64,000 nt of DNA from Verrucomicrobiota bacterium (GCA_047947115.1 CP170459.1:5344001-5408000), one strand, 5' to 3'; positions 29,513-40,779 are shown, counted from the first letter of the stretch. The notes: generated by a model from the letters alone, not told the origin. Numbers and translations: made by a program.

Positions 29513-30214
29513 TCAGTGACCTTCCCCGGTTGACTCATGCTTGTCGTGTGCCCCTGCAGCCCGCTTGGGATAGGTCGGAGCGGCGAATGCATCCATTTTA
29601 GGAAATTTCGGAGTATGGGGATCGTGACATTGGATGCAGCGAAGTTTGGTTTGAGGGCCCTTGCTTTTGTCCCAGAAACCATTCGTCCTTCCGTGAGCCC
29701 CGGCTTTCCAATCCTGGTAAGTGGGACCGTGGCATTTGGCGCAAAGCAAGACGACGTCTTGTTCAGCAATTTCCGCCCCGTCATAATCGACAAATGCATT
29801 GCGGTTTTTCGCATGATGACAGTTCAGGCAAAACCGATTGTTTCCGTGGTTCAAAACAATGCTCTCATGCTCCACCAACTTACGATCATAGTGCCATTTC
29901 GCCTCCAGCAATCGGTGACAAGACATGCAGTCATAGGTCCATTGCTCTTTCACCAAATCAAGTCCCTTGGTTTTCCGCACCGGAGACTTATCAAGATAAT
30001 GATCCTGTTCAATGCCCACTTCAGGCTGCACAGGAGTAGCATCAGGAATGGTTGAAGATTGCGGAGGGGAAGAAACAGCATCCGTCTGAAGGGCCTCTGT
30101 TTTCTCAGCCCCATAAGACGTTTCCGCCACATGAAGCACGCATCCCAACAAAACGGCCACCAACAACATGGGACCCCATGCTTTCTTGGCTACACTATCG
30201 CATCGCTTTTTCAC
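29513..30214 (-). CDS. Tetraheme cytochrome c
   Basis: CMSCH, CLNCH, CAKCH, CIQCH; N-terminal signal or anchor. Confidence 0.9.
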   Translation of the reverse strand: MKKRCDSVAKKAWGPMLLVAVLLGCVLHVAETSYGAEKTEALQTDAVSSPPQSSTIPDATPVQPEVGIEQDHYLDKSPVRKTKGLDLVKEQWTYDCMSCHRLLEAKWHYDRKLVEHESIVLNHGNNRFCLNCHHAKNRNAFVDYDGAEIAEQDVVLLCAKCHGPTYQDWKAGAHGRTNGFWDKSKGPQTKLRCIQCHDPHTPKFPKMDAFAAPTYPKRAAGAHDKHESTGEGH

Positions 30215-30398
30215 AGGAAGTCACCGGTTAACGCAATGACCATAGGTAACCGCGAACCGAACAACTCTCCTAATTTTGCGGCATTCCACCCATAATTTGT
30301 TGTTCTCGCTTATTCGAGAGCAACCGGATGCGACACAAATATGAAAAAAGTTTAAAAAAAAACGACTCCGCCTTGCGGTGGACTAATGAGGAAAACCG

Positions 30399-31664
30399 CT
30401 ACGCAAGCAAATAAGGAATGGTCAATGGACCCTGGGGAAGAACTGCGACGCGAGCCTGATCACCCAGTGAGGAAAGCCGATCCTGAACCGTTTGGGAAAT
30501 GTCATGGCAAGGTTTCAAATGCGCTGCAGCCAGTGTGTCATCATCCAAAGAACTGTGAACGAGCACCTCGGCACGCGCCTGAATGAGTGCCTGAATCTGG
30601 GCCTGCCATTGCTCAGGACGAACAAAACCAGGAGTGCTCAACATGGTCAATATTTCTTCAGGGCTGGACGCGCTACGAAGCAATTGATCCAGGGGACTTT
30701 TGGCTGGAACCCCTTCGCGGCATTCACAAGCCAGAATCAACAAACCTCCGTCCTTGAGTATCCGGGCCCCGGCGCTCATGCCTTTCACTCCCTGATAGAG
30801 ATTCAAATCCAGAGGATAACCACTGTTGGTGGTGACAACAATGTCGAAAGGTTCCTTGACCGGTTGCATGGCGGATTGCTTGACGGTCTGCCACCCTGCC
30901 CGATGGGCCTCGACCAGGTCACCCGCAAAGACCCCGGTGATGGCTCGATCATGGTTCAAGGTGACGTTGAGCAGAAAACTCGGACCGGCCCGGAGTGCGA
31001 TATCCCGCAGTTCCTCCCAAAGAGGATTGCCATCCGTCACACCAAAGGTCGCTCTCGGGTCCCCAATGTTCTCAACCCCATGGTTACTCATCACCGTATC
31101 CAACCCGGCCACCCCGGGCATGATACCCTTGGGACCACCACTGAAGCCTGCAAAAAAATGCGGTTCGATAAAGCCTGTCACAATCCTCAGATCAGCCTCC
31201 ACCGCATGTTTGTTGATCATGGCCGGAACACCTGTTCTGGTCGTCCCCAATTGAACAAGCTGGGATGGATCTTCGCAGTCATGATTGAGCACACGATAAT
31301 CTCGCACCACTTCAGGCGTCAACATCTGCTCCAGCTCGGCCTTGGTATTGGGCCGGTGCGTTCCCAATTGATTCAGCAAGGTAATATTTTCACGGGGATG
31401 ATCACCCAGATATTCGAGCATCCATGGAATGATGCGTTCATTGGGTGTGGCGCGGGTGAGATCGGTGAAAAGAATGCAAAGCTTGTCCTCTGGCCGAATA
31501 CTCTGAATAAGACTTGAGGCATGGATGGGGTGATCCAATGCGCCAAGAACGGCCGATTTTTCGTCCTTAAGCCCTTGGGTGAACTTGGGTTCAATCACCG
31601 TGACCTGATCCTGAGGCAAATCAATGCCCAATTTGCCGTTGCCATATGCCAAATCAATTCTCAT
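30399..31664 (-). CDS. larA: Nickel-pincer-dependent lactate racemase family protein
   Basis: DLTRATP, LGTHR, EPHFFAGFSGGPK and NLYQGVKG motifs; substrate not established. Confidence 0.88.
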   Translation of the reverse strand: MRIDLAYGNGKLGIDLPQDQVTVIEPKFTQGLKDEKSAVLGALDHPIHASSLIQSIRPEDKLCILFTDLTRATPNERIIPWMLEYLGDHPRENITLLNQLGTHRPNTKAELEQMLTPEVVRDYRVLNHDCEDPSQLVQLGTTRTGVPAMINKHAVEADLRIVTGFIEPHFFAGFSGGPKGIMPGVAGLDTVMSNHGVENIGDPRATFGVTDGNPLWEELRDIALRAGPSFLLNVTLNHDRAITGVFAGDLVEAHRAGWQTVKQSAMQPVKEPFDIVVTTNSGYPLDLNLYQGVKGMSAGARILKDGGLLILACECREGVPAKSPLDQLLRSASSPEEILTMLSTPGFVRPEQWQAQIQALIQARAEVLVHSSLDDDTLAAAHLKPCHDISQTVQDRLSSLGDQARVAVLPQGPLTIPYLLA

Positions 31665-31720
31665 GCGTCACAAAAACATAAAAAGAGAGCAAAAAAAAAG
31701 CGAGCATTCGTTCTTCACAA

Positions 31721-32704
31721 TTACCCAATGCGCATATGTGTATTTTTGACATTGTCTAAAATCTGTTGAAGATTTTCCAACCCCCCACACCTTGTAACCG
31801 TCAAATCTTCCATCAAGCCAGCATACGAATCCACAGCGCGTCCCCCTGCCAGAATCGGATACGGCACCGGCAAATACCCACGAAGTTCCCTGAGAGCATC
31901 AACAACTTCGGGATCGCCCGCCGGAAAAACGAGGCTCAAGGCAAGCAGGCTGGCGTTGTTCTGTTTAACTGCTCCAACCAATTCTGCCGAAGGAACGGAG
32001 GCCCCACAATAAACCACCTTCCAACCATAGTTCGAAGCCAACGAAGCGACCAGAACGGCCCCCAACTCGTGCAATTGGCCTGGAGGGGTCCCCACTACCA
32101 GGCGTGGCGCGGATTCTGAAACCAAAAAAGAACGAGACGCCGACATGACGAAATTTTTCAGAAAAGCAGTTGCAGCATGTTCATGTGCAACGGTTAAACG
32201 CCCCTTTTCCCAAGCCTCCCCCATGGCGTGACTCAGGGGTGCGATCACTTTGCACAGCACCCCCTGATGCCCCAGGCGCACCATCGCTTCCTTCAATGCT
32301 CGTTCCATTTCATCGGACTGAAACGTTTGAATGCAACGAAGCAGATGATCCACCAGGCCACCAGAAGCCGAATCAGTCTGCCACCCCCCTGCCTGTGCCG
32401 ATGATGTTGATTGATCGGCCCGCAAGTTGTCAGGATGACTATCTTCAATCAATTTCTCCAACTGCTGAACATCCATGGAAGCAATCTGTGCGATGCGGCA
32501 TCCCATATCCGTGGCCTGTTTAAGAAGCTTCAATCGATAAATATCATCTTCGGAGTATAGGCGACGATTGGTCTCGGTTCGTTGAGGGACTATGCATTGG
32601 TAACGCCTTTCCCAAATCCGAATCACATAAGGAGTGAGACCACTTCGCTTCGCTACAATGTTTATTGTGTGCAATACGTTAGACATAATTAAATTTGAAT
32701 CCAC
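31721..32704 (-). CDS. MerR-family regulator with cobalamin-binding domain (CarH/LitR type)
   Basis: HTH with IRIWERRY...RTETNRRLYS, W-x9-EH motif (WEKGRLTVAHEH) and B12 motif HELG. True start probably the ATG ~18 nt downstream of 32704. Confidence 0.9.
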   Translation of the reverse strand: MDSNLIMSNVLHTINIVAKRSGLTPYVIRIWERRYQCIVPQRTETNRRLYSEDDIYRLKLLKQATDMGCRIAQIASMDVQQLEKLIEDSHPDNLRADQSTSSAQAGGWQTDSASGGLVDHLLRCIQTFQSDEMERALKEAMVRLGHQGVLCKVIAPLSHAMGEAWEKGRLTVAHEHAATAFLKNFVMSASRSFLVSESAPRLVVGTPPGQLHELGAVLVASLASNYGWKVVYCGASVPSAELVGAVKQNNASLLALSLVFPAGDPEVVDALRELRGYLPVPYPILAGGRAVDSYAGLMEDLTVTRCGGLENLQQILDNVKNTHMRIG

Positions 32705-32778
32705 ACCTCAAGGAATGGCTCTTCTAAGCAGTATGCAAAGAGAACTTCTGAGGATTTTAACTTCCATTTCCAGAAGCC

Positions 32779-32841
32779 TAGACCAGAAATAGACAGTTGA
32801 CAAATGAAAATATTAGTCATATTTAATACGTAACTTATACA
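32779..32841 (+). promoter_or_regulatory. Putative CarH-type operator repeats around a -35 element
   Basis: TAGACC/TAGACA at 32779/32790 and TAGTCA/AATACG/TATACA at 32814/32825/32836 (11-bp period); TTGACA at 32797. Confidence 0.4.
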
Positions 32842-32994
32842 AAACAGGCCATATTTTGCTCCAGGTTAACCCAATATTGGCTTCAGGCAAAATAATTGAG
32901 TCTTTCTAAAAGAAAAATTGAAACAAATGATATCTGACATGCGTCTAAATAATTGTAACCGGCTTCTGCTGGATCAGGAGAAAGTGAGGACCCG

Positions 32995-34050
32995 ATGAAT
33001 AAGACAAAAAGCCAAAAAGCGAAAGACAAAACTACCAAAACGCTCAACAAACCTGCCAGGGCAACAAAGGCAAAATCACGATCCAATCAACGCGAGTGGC
33101 AATCGGTCTCAAATAAGAAAACCACGAAGAATATTATGGTCCGCAGAGACATAAACGTCTCGCAGGAAAAATCTACCGATCTGCAGCCCACCCGTTCACC
33201 ATTTGCACTTTACCTGCGTGAAATCGCCGAAGAAAACCTGTTAACACCGCAGGACGAAGTCGTTTTGGCCGGAAAAATCAAGTCTGGTGACAAAGCAGCC
33301 CGTGAGCGCATGATTCGGGCGAACCTGCGACTGGTCGTAAAAATAGCAAGGGATTATGAAGGATTTGGACTGCCATTGCTGGATCTGATCAATGAGGGAA
33401 ACATAGGCCTCATGAAAGCGGTCGACAAATTTGACCCAACCAAAGGGGCCAAGTTTTCCACATACAGCTCATGGTGGATCAAGCAGGCCATCAAACGCAG
33501 CCTGAGTAATCAATCGAAAACCATCCGGCTCCCTATTCATTTGGTGGAGAAAATCGCCAAGTTGCGCAACGTGACCAATCGATTGCACGACGCGCTGGGC
33601 AGGGAACCCACCGAAGAAGAGATTGCGCGAGAACTGGAAGTTGCGCCCAGCCGTGTGGCATTGATGCGACGAGCTTCCGCCCGCCCACTTTCGCTGGACG
33701 ACACAGTGGGAGATGACGATTCAACACGCCTGGAAGAACGTGTGGCTGATGAAAACGCGGAACATCCTTATGAAGAACTGGAACTCCAGACTTCGCTGAA
33801 TCTGCTGACCCAACTGCTCTCCAAGCTGAACCCCAGGGAATCCAGGATTCTTCGTTACAGGTTTGGGCTGGACGGAGAACGTGAACGCACGCTTGAGGAA
33901 GTAGGCCAGGAGTTCGGCGTCACCCGCGAACGCATCCGTCAACTCCAGAATATTGCGCTGAACCGTCTGAAACGCATGATGGAAAAGCAGAACGCTCCCG
34001 TCATCTTTCCGCTTCAAAAAGATCCTGTTCTGGAACAAGTTTCCGCTTAA
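32995..34050 (+). CDS. RpoD/RpoS-like (group 2) sigma-70 factor
   Basis: YLREI..., ANLRLVVKIA, DLINEGNIGLMKAVDKFDP, FSTYSSWWIKQAI, TLEEVGQEFGVTRERIRQLQ; no acidic region 1.1. Confidence 0.93.
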   Translation: MNKTKSQKAKDKTTKTLNKPARATKAKSRSNQREWQSVSNKKTTKNIMVRRDINVSQEKSTDLQPTRSPFALYLREIAEENLLTPQDEVVLAGKIKSGDKAARERMIRANLRLVVKIARDYEGFGLPLLDLINEGNIGLMKAVDKFDPTKGAKFSTYSSWWIKQAIKRSLSNQSKTIRLPIHLVEKIAKLRNVTNRLHDALGREPTEEEIARELEVAPSRVALMRRASARPLSLDDTVGDDDSTRLEERVADENAEHPYEELELQTSLNLLTQLLSKLNPRESRILRYRFGLDGERERTLEEVGQEFGVTRERIRQLQNIALNRLKRMMEKQNAPVIFPLQKDPVLEQVSA

Positions 34051-34094
34051 CTCATTGGAATGACTGGATAACCCAGCTTGGAACAAATCACATG

Positions 34095-34130
34095 AAGGCG
34101 CCCTTGTTTTGGAAGGGCGCCTTTTTCTTT
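34095..34130 (+). terminator. Rho-independent terminator
   Basis: AAGGCGCCCTT-GTTTTGG-AAGGGCGCCTT followed by a T-run. Confidence 0.88.
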
Positions 34131-34167
34131 GGGATCATAGGTGCTGACAATTGAAAGAATCCACGTC

Positions 34168-34196
34168 TTGACGTCACTCCAGATTAACTTTAGTTT
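34168..34196 (+). promoter_or_regulatory. Putative sigma-70 promoter of accBC-thiE
   Basis: TTGACG-17 bp-TAGTTT. Confidence 0.5.
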
Positions 34197-34317
34197 ATGG
34201 GCTGAAATGCGAACGGCTAAAGGAGCAGTAACACCGAATGGTTGCTGCTTTTTTCATATGAGACGGTTACGTCCGTCCAGGCTAGTTTCCAAGTGACTTT
34301 TTAACCAGGAGTCCGTT

Positions 34318-34809
34318 GTGGATTTAAAGGATATCAAAGCAATAGTCGACATAATGAAAAAGAATTCCATATCGGAATTCGAACTGGAAAAAGATGATTT
34401 TAAAATCAAGCTAAGGCGTGGATTGAATTCGCCGGGCTCCAGCGAGGACGTTCCTTACTATTTGACGCCCCCCGTCCCACAGATGCTCCCAGCTTCAGCA
34501 CCCCAGCCGGCTCCTGGGGTTCACGCGACGGCAGCGCCCCCCTCTGAGCCTCAGCAAAAATCATCCACTGATCTGGACATTACATCCCCCATGATCGGAA
34601 CATTTTACGCCTCGGCCTCTCCGGATTCACCCGCTTATGTCGAAATTGGCACGCGTGTCACGCCCGATACGGTCGTTTGCATCGTGGAGGCCATGAAGGT
34701 CATGAACGAAATCAAGGCAGAAAAGAGTGGGGTCATCACCGAGATTCTCGTCGATAACGCCAAGCCGGTCGAATTTGGACAGCCGCTTTTCAAGATAAAA
34801 CCCAATTGA
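34318..34809 (+). CDS. accB: Acetyl-CoA carboxylase biotin carboxyl carrier protein
   Basis: SPMIGTFY and EAMKVMNEI biotinylation motif; Pro/Ala-rich linker. Confidence 0.97.
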   Translation: MDLKDIKAIVDIMKKNSISEFELEKDDFKIKLRRGLNSPGSSEDVPYYLTPPVPQMLPASAPQPAPGVHATAAPPSEPQQKSSTDLDITSPMIGTFYASASPDSPAYVEIGTRVTPDTVVCIVEAMKVMNEIKAEKSGVITEILVDNAKPVEFGQPLFKIKPN

Positions 34810-34893
34810 CAAAGCATCCCGTTCCGAGCCGATACTTGACTGGCCGATTCGTGGAAAGTGAAATGAACGGACGAACGATTTGTCTTATTAGAT

Positions 34894-36279
<1,386 letters not shown>

Positions 36280-36330
36280 TTTTCGTGTCCTTTTTCCGAT
36301 CCTCATTCCTGGTGGCATCCGATCATTGAT

Positions 36331-36987
36331 GTGTTGAAACCCCTCGATCAATGTCATTTGTACGCCTTCATCGACGAAGCGTACCGTGGCCCGCGTTCTT
36401 ACAAGGACCTGGCCAAATCTCTTTGTGATGGCGGAGCGGATATCATTCAATTGCGCATGAAAGATGCCAAACCCGAGAGAATTCTCGCAGCGGCCGAATG
36501 TATCCACCCCATCACCGAATCAGCAGGCGTACACTTGATCATCAACGACCACCTGGATATCGCCCGCCGGATGCCCCACCCTTTTGTCCACATGGGACAA
36601 GAGGATTTTTTTGATGAAGGATACACCAAGGCATCGGAACTGCATTCGGCAAAATCCACAAAGCAGCTTTGCATCGGCCTCAGCACACATGCCCCGTCAC
36701 AAGCAGAAAGAGCCATCGAAGCCGGTGCAGACTACGTGGCCATCGGACCGGTGTTCGCAACTCCCACCAAACCAACAGCCACACCGGTCACTCTGGAATA
36801 CGTCCGATGGGCAGCGGAAAACATTCGCATACCGTGGTTTGCCATAGGCGGCATCCATGCTGGCAACGTGGACCAAATCCTTGAGGCGGGAGCACGCAAC
36901 ATTTGCGTGGTGTCCGATATTTTGAAGGCATCCGATACACAAAAAGCCTGCACATTTTTCAAATCCAAACTGCAGTCTGCTTCCTGA
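36331..36987 (+). CDS. thiE: Thiamine-phosphate synthase
   Basis: QLRMK, IINDH, HMGQED, GLSTH, GPVFATPTK, AIGGI. Confidence 0.95.
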   Translation: MLKPLDQCHLYAFIDEAYRGPRSYKDLAKSLCDGGADIIQLRMKDAKPERILAAAECIHPITESAGVHLIINDHLDIARRMPHPFVHMGQEDFFDEGYTKASELHSAKSTKQLCIGLSTHAPSQAERAIEAGADYVAIGPVFATPTKPTATPVTLEYVRWAAENIRIPWFAIGGIHAGNVDQILEAGARNICVVSDILKASDTQKACTFFKSKLQSAS

Positions 36988-37140
36988 TTTTCCGCTGACA
37001 ACACGGCCTGACAAATTCTCAAGCCAACCACTCAAACCGATTCCGTTTTGAAACCACAGTTTTTTTGAAGTTGACGCAGGTGGATTCAAAATCCGGGCAC
37101 CAAGGTCATTTAAATTATACAACCAGATAGGGTTCCCACA

Positions 37141-38625
37141 TCACCGACGTTCCAAAGGTTCAGGATGATTCGCCAGAATCAACTTCAATTGAGCCAACAA
37201 TTCGGGACGCGAGGCGGCAAGATTCCTCGTTTCTCCTGGGTCTTCCTGATAGTCATAAACCTCAAAAACGGCCTCCTCCTGATCCGCACCCGGACGTTTC
37301 CATTCAACCAATCGATACCGATCGGTCCGGATCGCTCGCCCCATTCGGGGCCCACGCGGGTAGGCATGATAAGCGTGATCCCGGACCGAGGCTTCGGAGT
37401 TTTTCAGAACGGGCACCAGGCTTGTCCCATCAATCGGTTGCGGACCTTGAGGTCTGGGCAGGCCTGCCAGATCAGCCAACGTCGGAAAAATATCCACCGT
37501 CTCGGCAAGTTGGCGGGTCACGCTGCCTGGTTCGGTCATACCTGGAACACGAAAAATAATCGGGATCCGATTCGCCTGTTCATAATTCGTGTGCTTGGTC
37601 CAGTAACCATGATCCCCCAGATGCCAGCCATGATCCCCCCACAACACCACCATGGTATTATCCGAAAAACCATATCGATCCAAAGCATCCAATACCTTAC
37701 CGATCTGAGCGTCCGCAAAGCTGGCAGCCGCATAATACCCATGAAGCAACTGCCGTTGCACGGCGGTTTCTTTCAGATTAGCCACGGTCAAGGGCGCATA
37801 ATTAACAATCTCCCCACCTCGTTTACCGGCAAAACCGGGGGCGGCTTCCGGATCGTTCTGATCGCTGGCCAAAGGAAAAGCGTTGGGATCATGCATGTCC
37901 CAATACTTTTTTGGAGCAGTAAACGGCAGGTGTGGCTTGACAAAACCCGCCATAATAAAGAACGGCTTTTCCGGTTCATTCTGATGAAATTGTAGACGCT
38001 CAATCACCTTTTTAGCGATTCGTCCATCTGCATAACCATCGTCATCGACATCAGCGTTTTCCCATGCATAGCCCTTGGGTAGCGAACCGATTCGATCCAG
38101 TTTTTGATTGGTAAAGTAAGCTTCCTCGCGGGTCAGTTGCCCTCCTTCTGTGCTTTCTGGAAGCAAATACTCGACCACTTTATCCAGATAAGCCGGCACA
38201 TCCCACGAATGAGGATCATCATGATTTCCATGTCCAGTATGAAGCACTTTCCCGAAAGACGCCGATTTCCACCCGTTTTTGCTGAAATACTGAGGCATGG
38301 TGACGGCATTGGGCAACACATCGCGAAAATGACGTCCCAATCCGTAGATACCGATCGAAGTCGACCGGCTCCCCAACAGCAGGTTGTTTCGTGAAGGAGC
38401 ACAAACGGACTGATTACAATAAGCCATCTCAAACCGCATGCCACTGGCCGCCAATCGGTCAATATTCGGAGTTTTGGCCAAAGGATCGCCATAGCACCCC
38501 AAGTTCGGTTTCAAATCATCCACCAGGATGATCAGTACATTCGACTGACCTATCGTTCTACCATCACTCAATACATTCACCAAGAAGCAGATGAGAAGCA
38601 TCAACTTAATTCTATTCACATTCAT
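37141..38625 (-). CDS. Formylglycine-dependent sulfatase (iduronate-2-sulfatase-like)
   Basis: LVDDL, CAPSR, GKVLH, KPHLPF, GDHGWHLGDH. Confidence 0.93.
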   Translation of the reverse strand: MNVNRIKLMLLICFLVNVLSDGRTIGQSNVLIILVDDLKPNLGCYGDPLAKTPNIDRLAASGMRFEMAYCNQSVCAPSRNNLLLGSRSTSIGIYGLGRHFRDVLPNAVTMPQYFSKNGWKSASFGKVLHTGHGNHDDPHSWDVPAYLDKVVEYLLPESTEGGQLTREEAYFTNQKLDRIGSLPKGYAWENADVDDDGYADGRIAKKVIERLQFHQNEPEKPFFIMAGFVKPHLPFTAPKKYWDMHDPNAFPLASDQNDPEAAPGFAGKRGGEIVNYAPLTVANLKETAVQRQLLHGYYAAASFADAQIGKVLDALDRYGFSDNTMVVLWGDHGWHLGDHGYWTKHTNYEQANRIPIIFRVPGMTEPGSVTRQLAETVDIFPTLADLAGLPRPQGPQPIDGTSLVPVLKNSEASVRDHAYHAYPRGPRMGRAIRTDRYRLVEWKRPGADQEEAVFEVYDYQEDPGETRNLAASRPELLAQLKLILANHPEPLERR

Positions 38626-38886
38626 GGAGCCGCAGCCTAACCCATGTTGAATAATGAATCCAAGCGATTCCCTGGCTGAGAAACATCACAAGTAATTCAC
38701 CTACCGTGCGGAAAGAGAGAACTAACTTTCCATAAAGCACCTACAATGACATTGCGATGACCAATTCAAAGGCAAGCATGAAACTACGGCCTGGGTCCAA
38801 AGTGGTGAATGGTAACATCCACGACCTGACCAACGTATCGAAGTGGTAACGAGGGGATCATCCTAAAGAAAACACAAAGCCATACC

Positions 38887-39330
38887 ATGAAATGGAGCAT
38901 TAGTAAAAAGATCACCGCAGGATTTGGAGTGTGCTGCGCACTGATTGTTGTAAATCACTAGTGTAGCCAAAAGAAATTCGGACTCAACCGAGCAAGCCAA
39001 TGCTTAGGCAAAAGAAACCCGTCAGCCCGCGGAAGCAGGATGCAAAGACATGGCCGACCTCAAGACCGACATCGAAGAAATCAGAACGCCCAGTGCAGAG
39101 GCCGAAGAGATTGTCAAAGACATTGATGAGATCGCTTTCCAAGAGAAGATCCTGGCATTGAACGCCGCCGTTGAAGTGGCGCGTGCCGGTGAGGCGGGCG
39201 TTGGTTTTCCAGTGGTTGCCGATGAATGACGGGGACTGGCCCAACGCTGCGCCGAATCCTCCAAGCAAACCTCAGAAAGCATCGCAACTGACATCATCCG
39301 AAGCAAACGAGGTGTCGAAATCGGCAAACG
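38887..39330 (+). pseudogene. Degraded methyl-accepting chemotaxis protein
   Basis: MKWSISKKITAGFGVCCALIVV then a stop; downstream [49 protein letters not shown], an MCP hairpin with an in-frame TGA. Confidence 0.85.
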
Positions 39331-39415
39331 TATGACTTCCGTATTCACCAACAACACAGACCTCAACCAACATTTTGAGCTTCCGTTTTTCGATGTTCGG
39401 GATCATCATAGTTTC

Positions 39416-40735
39416 ATGCATTCCCGAACCAAAGTAACACGTCGGTCCTTTTTGAAGCAGTCTTCACTGGCTGTGGGCGCCAGCGCCTCAGCCCTGCATT
39501 TCCCATGGATTGCCAAAGCACAGTCTCCGAACGACAAACTCCAGATCGCCGCCATCGGCACCGGGGGACGCGCTGCCGCCAACGTAGCGGGTGCTTCTCA
39601 CGAAGCCATCGTTGCCATGGCTGATGTGGATTCCAACACGCTGGATGCCGCCGCAAAGAAACTTCCCGACGCACGCAAATACCGTGACTTCCGCGTCATG
39701 CTGGAAAGGGAAGCGGACAAAATTGATGCTGTGCTGGTAGGCACACCGGATCACACCCACGCTCCGGCCGCCGCCATGGCACTTCGCATGGGCAAACACG
39801 TCTACTGCGAAAAACCCCTCACCCACACCGTTCATGAAGCGCGCGTACTGACCGATCTGGCCAAACAAAAACAACTCGTCACCCAGATGGGCACGCAGAT
39901 TCATGCAGGAAATAATTATCGTCGTGTCGTGGAGTTGATCCAGTCCGGCGCCATCGGCAAAGTGGAACGCGTGCATGTGTGGGTCAGCATCGGACATTCC
40001 TACTCAGACGGACATTTCACCACCAACACGCAGGCGCCAGCAAACCTTGACTGGGACCTGTGGCTCGGCCCCGCCCCCGAACGTCCCTTCACCGAAGGAG
40101 TGCACCCCTTCAACTGGCGCCGGTTCTGGGATTATGGCAACGGTCGCTTGGGTGATTTCGGGTGTCACTACATGGATCTCGCCCACTGGGCGCTGGACCT
40201 ACGCCAGCCAACACACATTGAATCCAAAGGTCCCGAAGTGGATTTGGTCAGCACCCCGCCCTGGCTCGAAGTCGATTACAAGCACCCGACTCGAAACGGA
40301 CGTGGTCCCGTGCACCTGACCTGGTATGGCAACCGCAAGCCGGACATTGCCAAAACCCTGAAAGACGCGGAAGGAAATCCGATCAACTTTGGAAGCGCTG
40401 TATTGTTCATCGGTGAAAAGGGAATGGTCATTTCCGACTATGGAAAGCACCTGTTACTGCCCGAGGAAACATATCGTGATTTCAAACGTCCGGACGAATT
40501 CATACCAAACTCCATCGGACATCACAAAGAATGGACTGAAGCCATCCGCAACGGCGGCAAAACCACCTGTAATTTTGAGTATAGCGGCGCCCTGACAGAA
40601 GCAGTGCTTCTGGGATCCGTATCCTACCGAAGCGGTGAAGCTATCGAATACATCGTTGAATCCGCCAACACACGCACCCCGGGCAAAGCGCGCGACATGC
40701 TGCACAAGGAATACCGCAAAGGCTGGTATCTCTAA
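39416..40735 (+). CDS. Tat-exported Gfo/Idh/MocA oxidoreductase
   Basis: TRRSFLK Tat motif, GTPDHTHA, YCEKPLTH, LDWDLWLGPAP; start reassigned to the ATG at 39416. Confidence 0.92.
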   Translation: MHSRTKVTRRSFLKQSSLAVGASASALHFPWIAKAQSPNDKLQIAAIGTGGRAAANVAGASHEAIVAMADVDSNTLDAAAKKLPDARKYRDFRVMLEREADKIDAVLVGTPDHTHAPAAAMALRMGKHVYCEKPLTHTVHEARVLTDLAKQKQLVTQMGTQIHAGNNYRRVVELIQSGAIGKVERVHVWVSIGHSYSDGHFTTNTQAPANLDWDLWLGPAPERPFTEGVHPFNWRRFWDYGNGRLGDFGCHYMDLAHWALDLRQPTHIESKGPEVDLVSTPPWLEVDYKHPTRNGRGPVHLTWYGNRKPDIAKTLKDAEGNPINFGSAVLFIGEKGMVISDYGKHLLLPEETYRDFKRPDEFIPNSIGHHKEWTEAIRNGGKTTCNFEYSGALTEAVLLGSVSYRSGEAIEYIVESANTRTPGKARDMLHKEYRKGWYL

Positions 40736-40779
40736 CATGCCACCCCTGTAGGGATTCCGACTTTATCGGGACCGCACCG

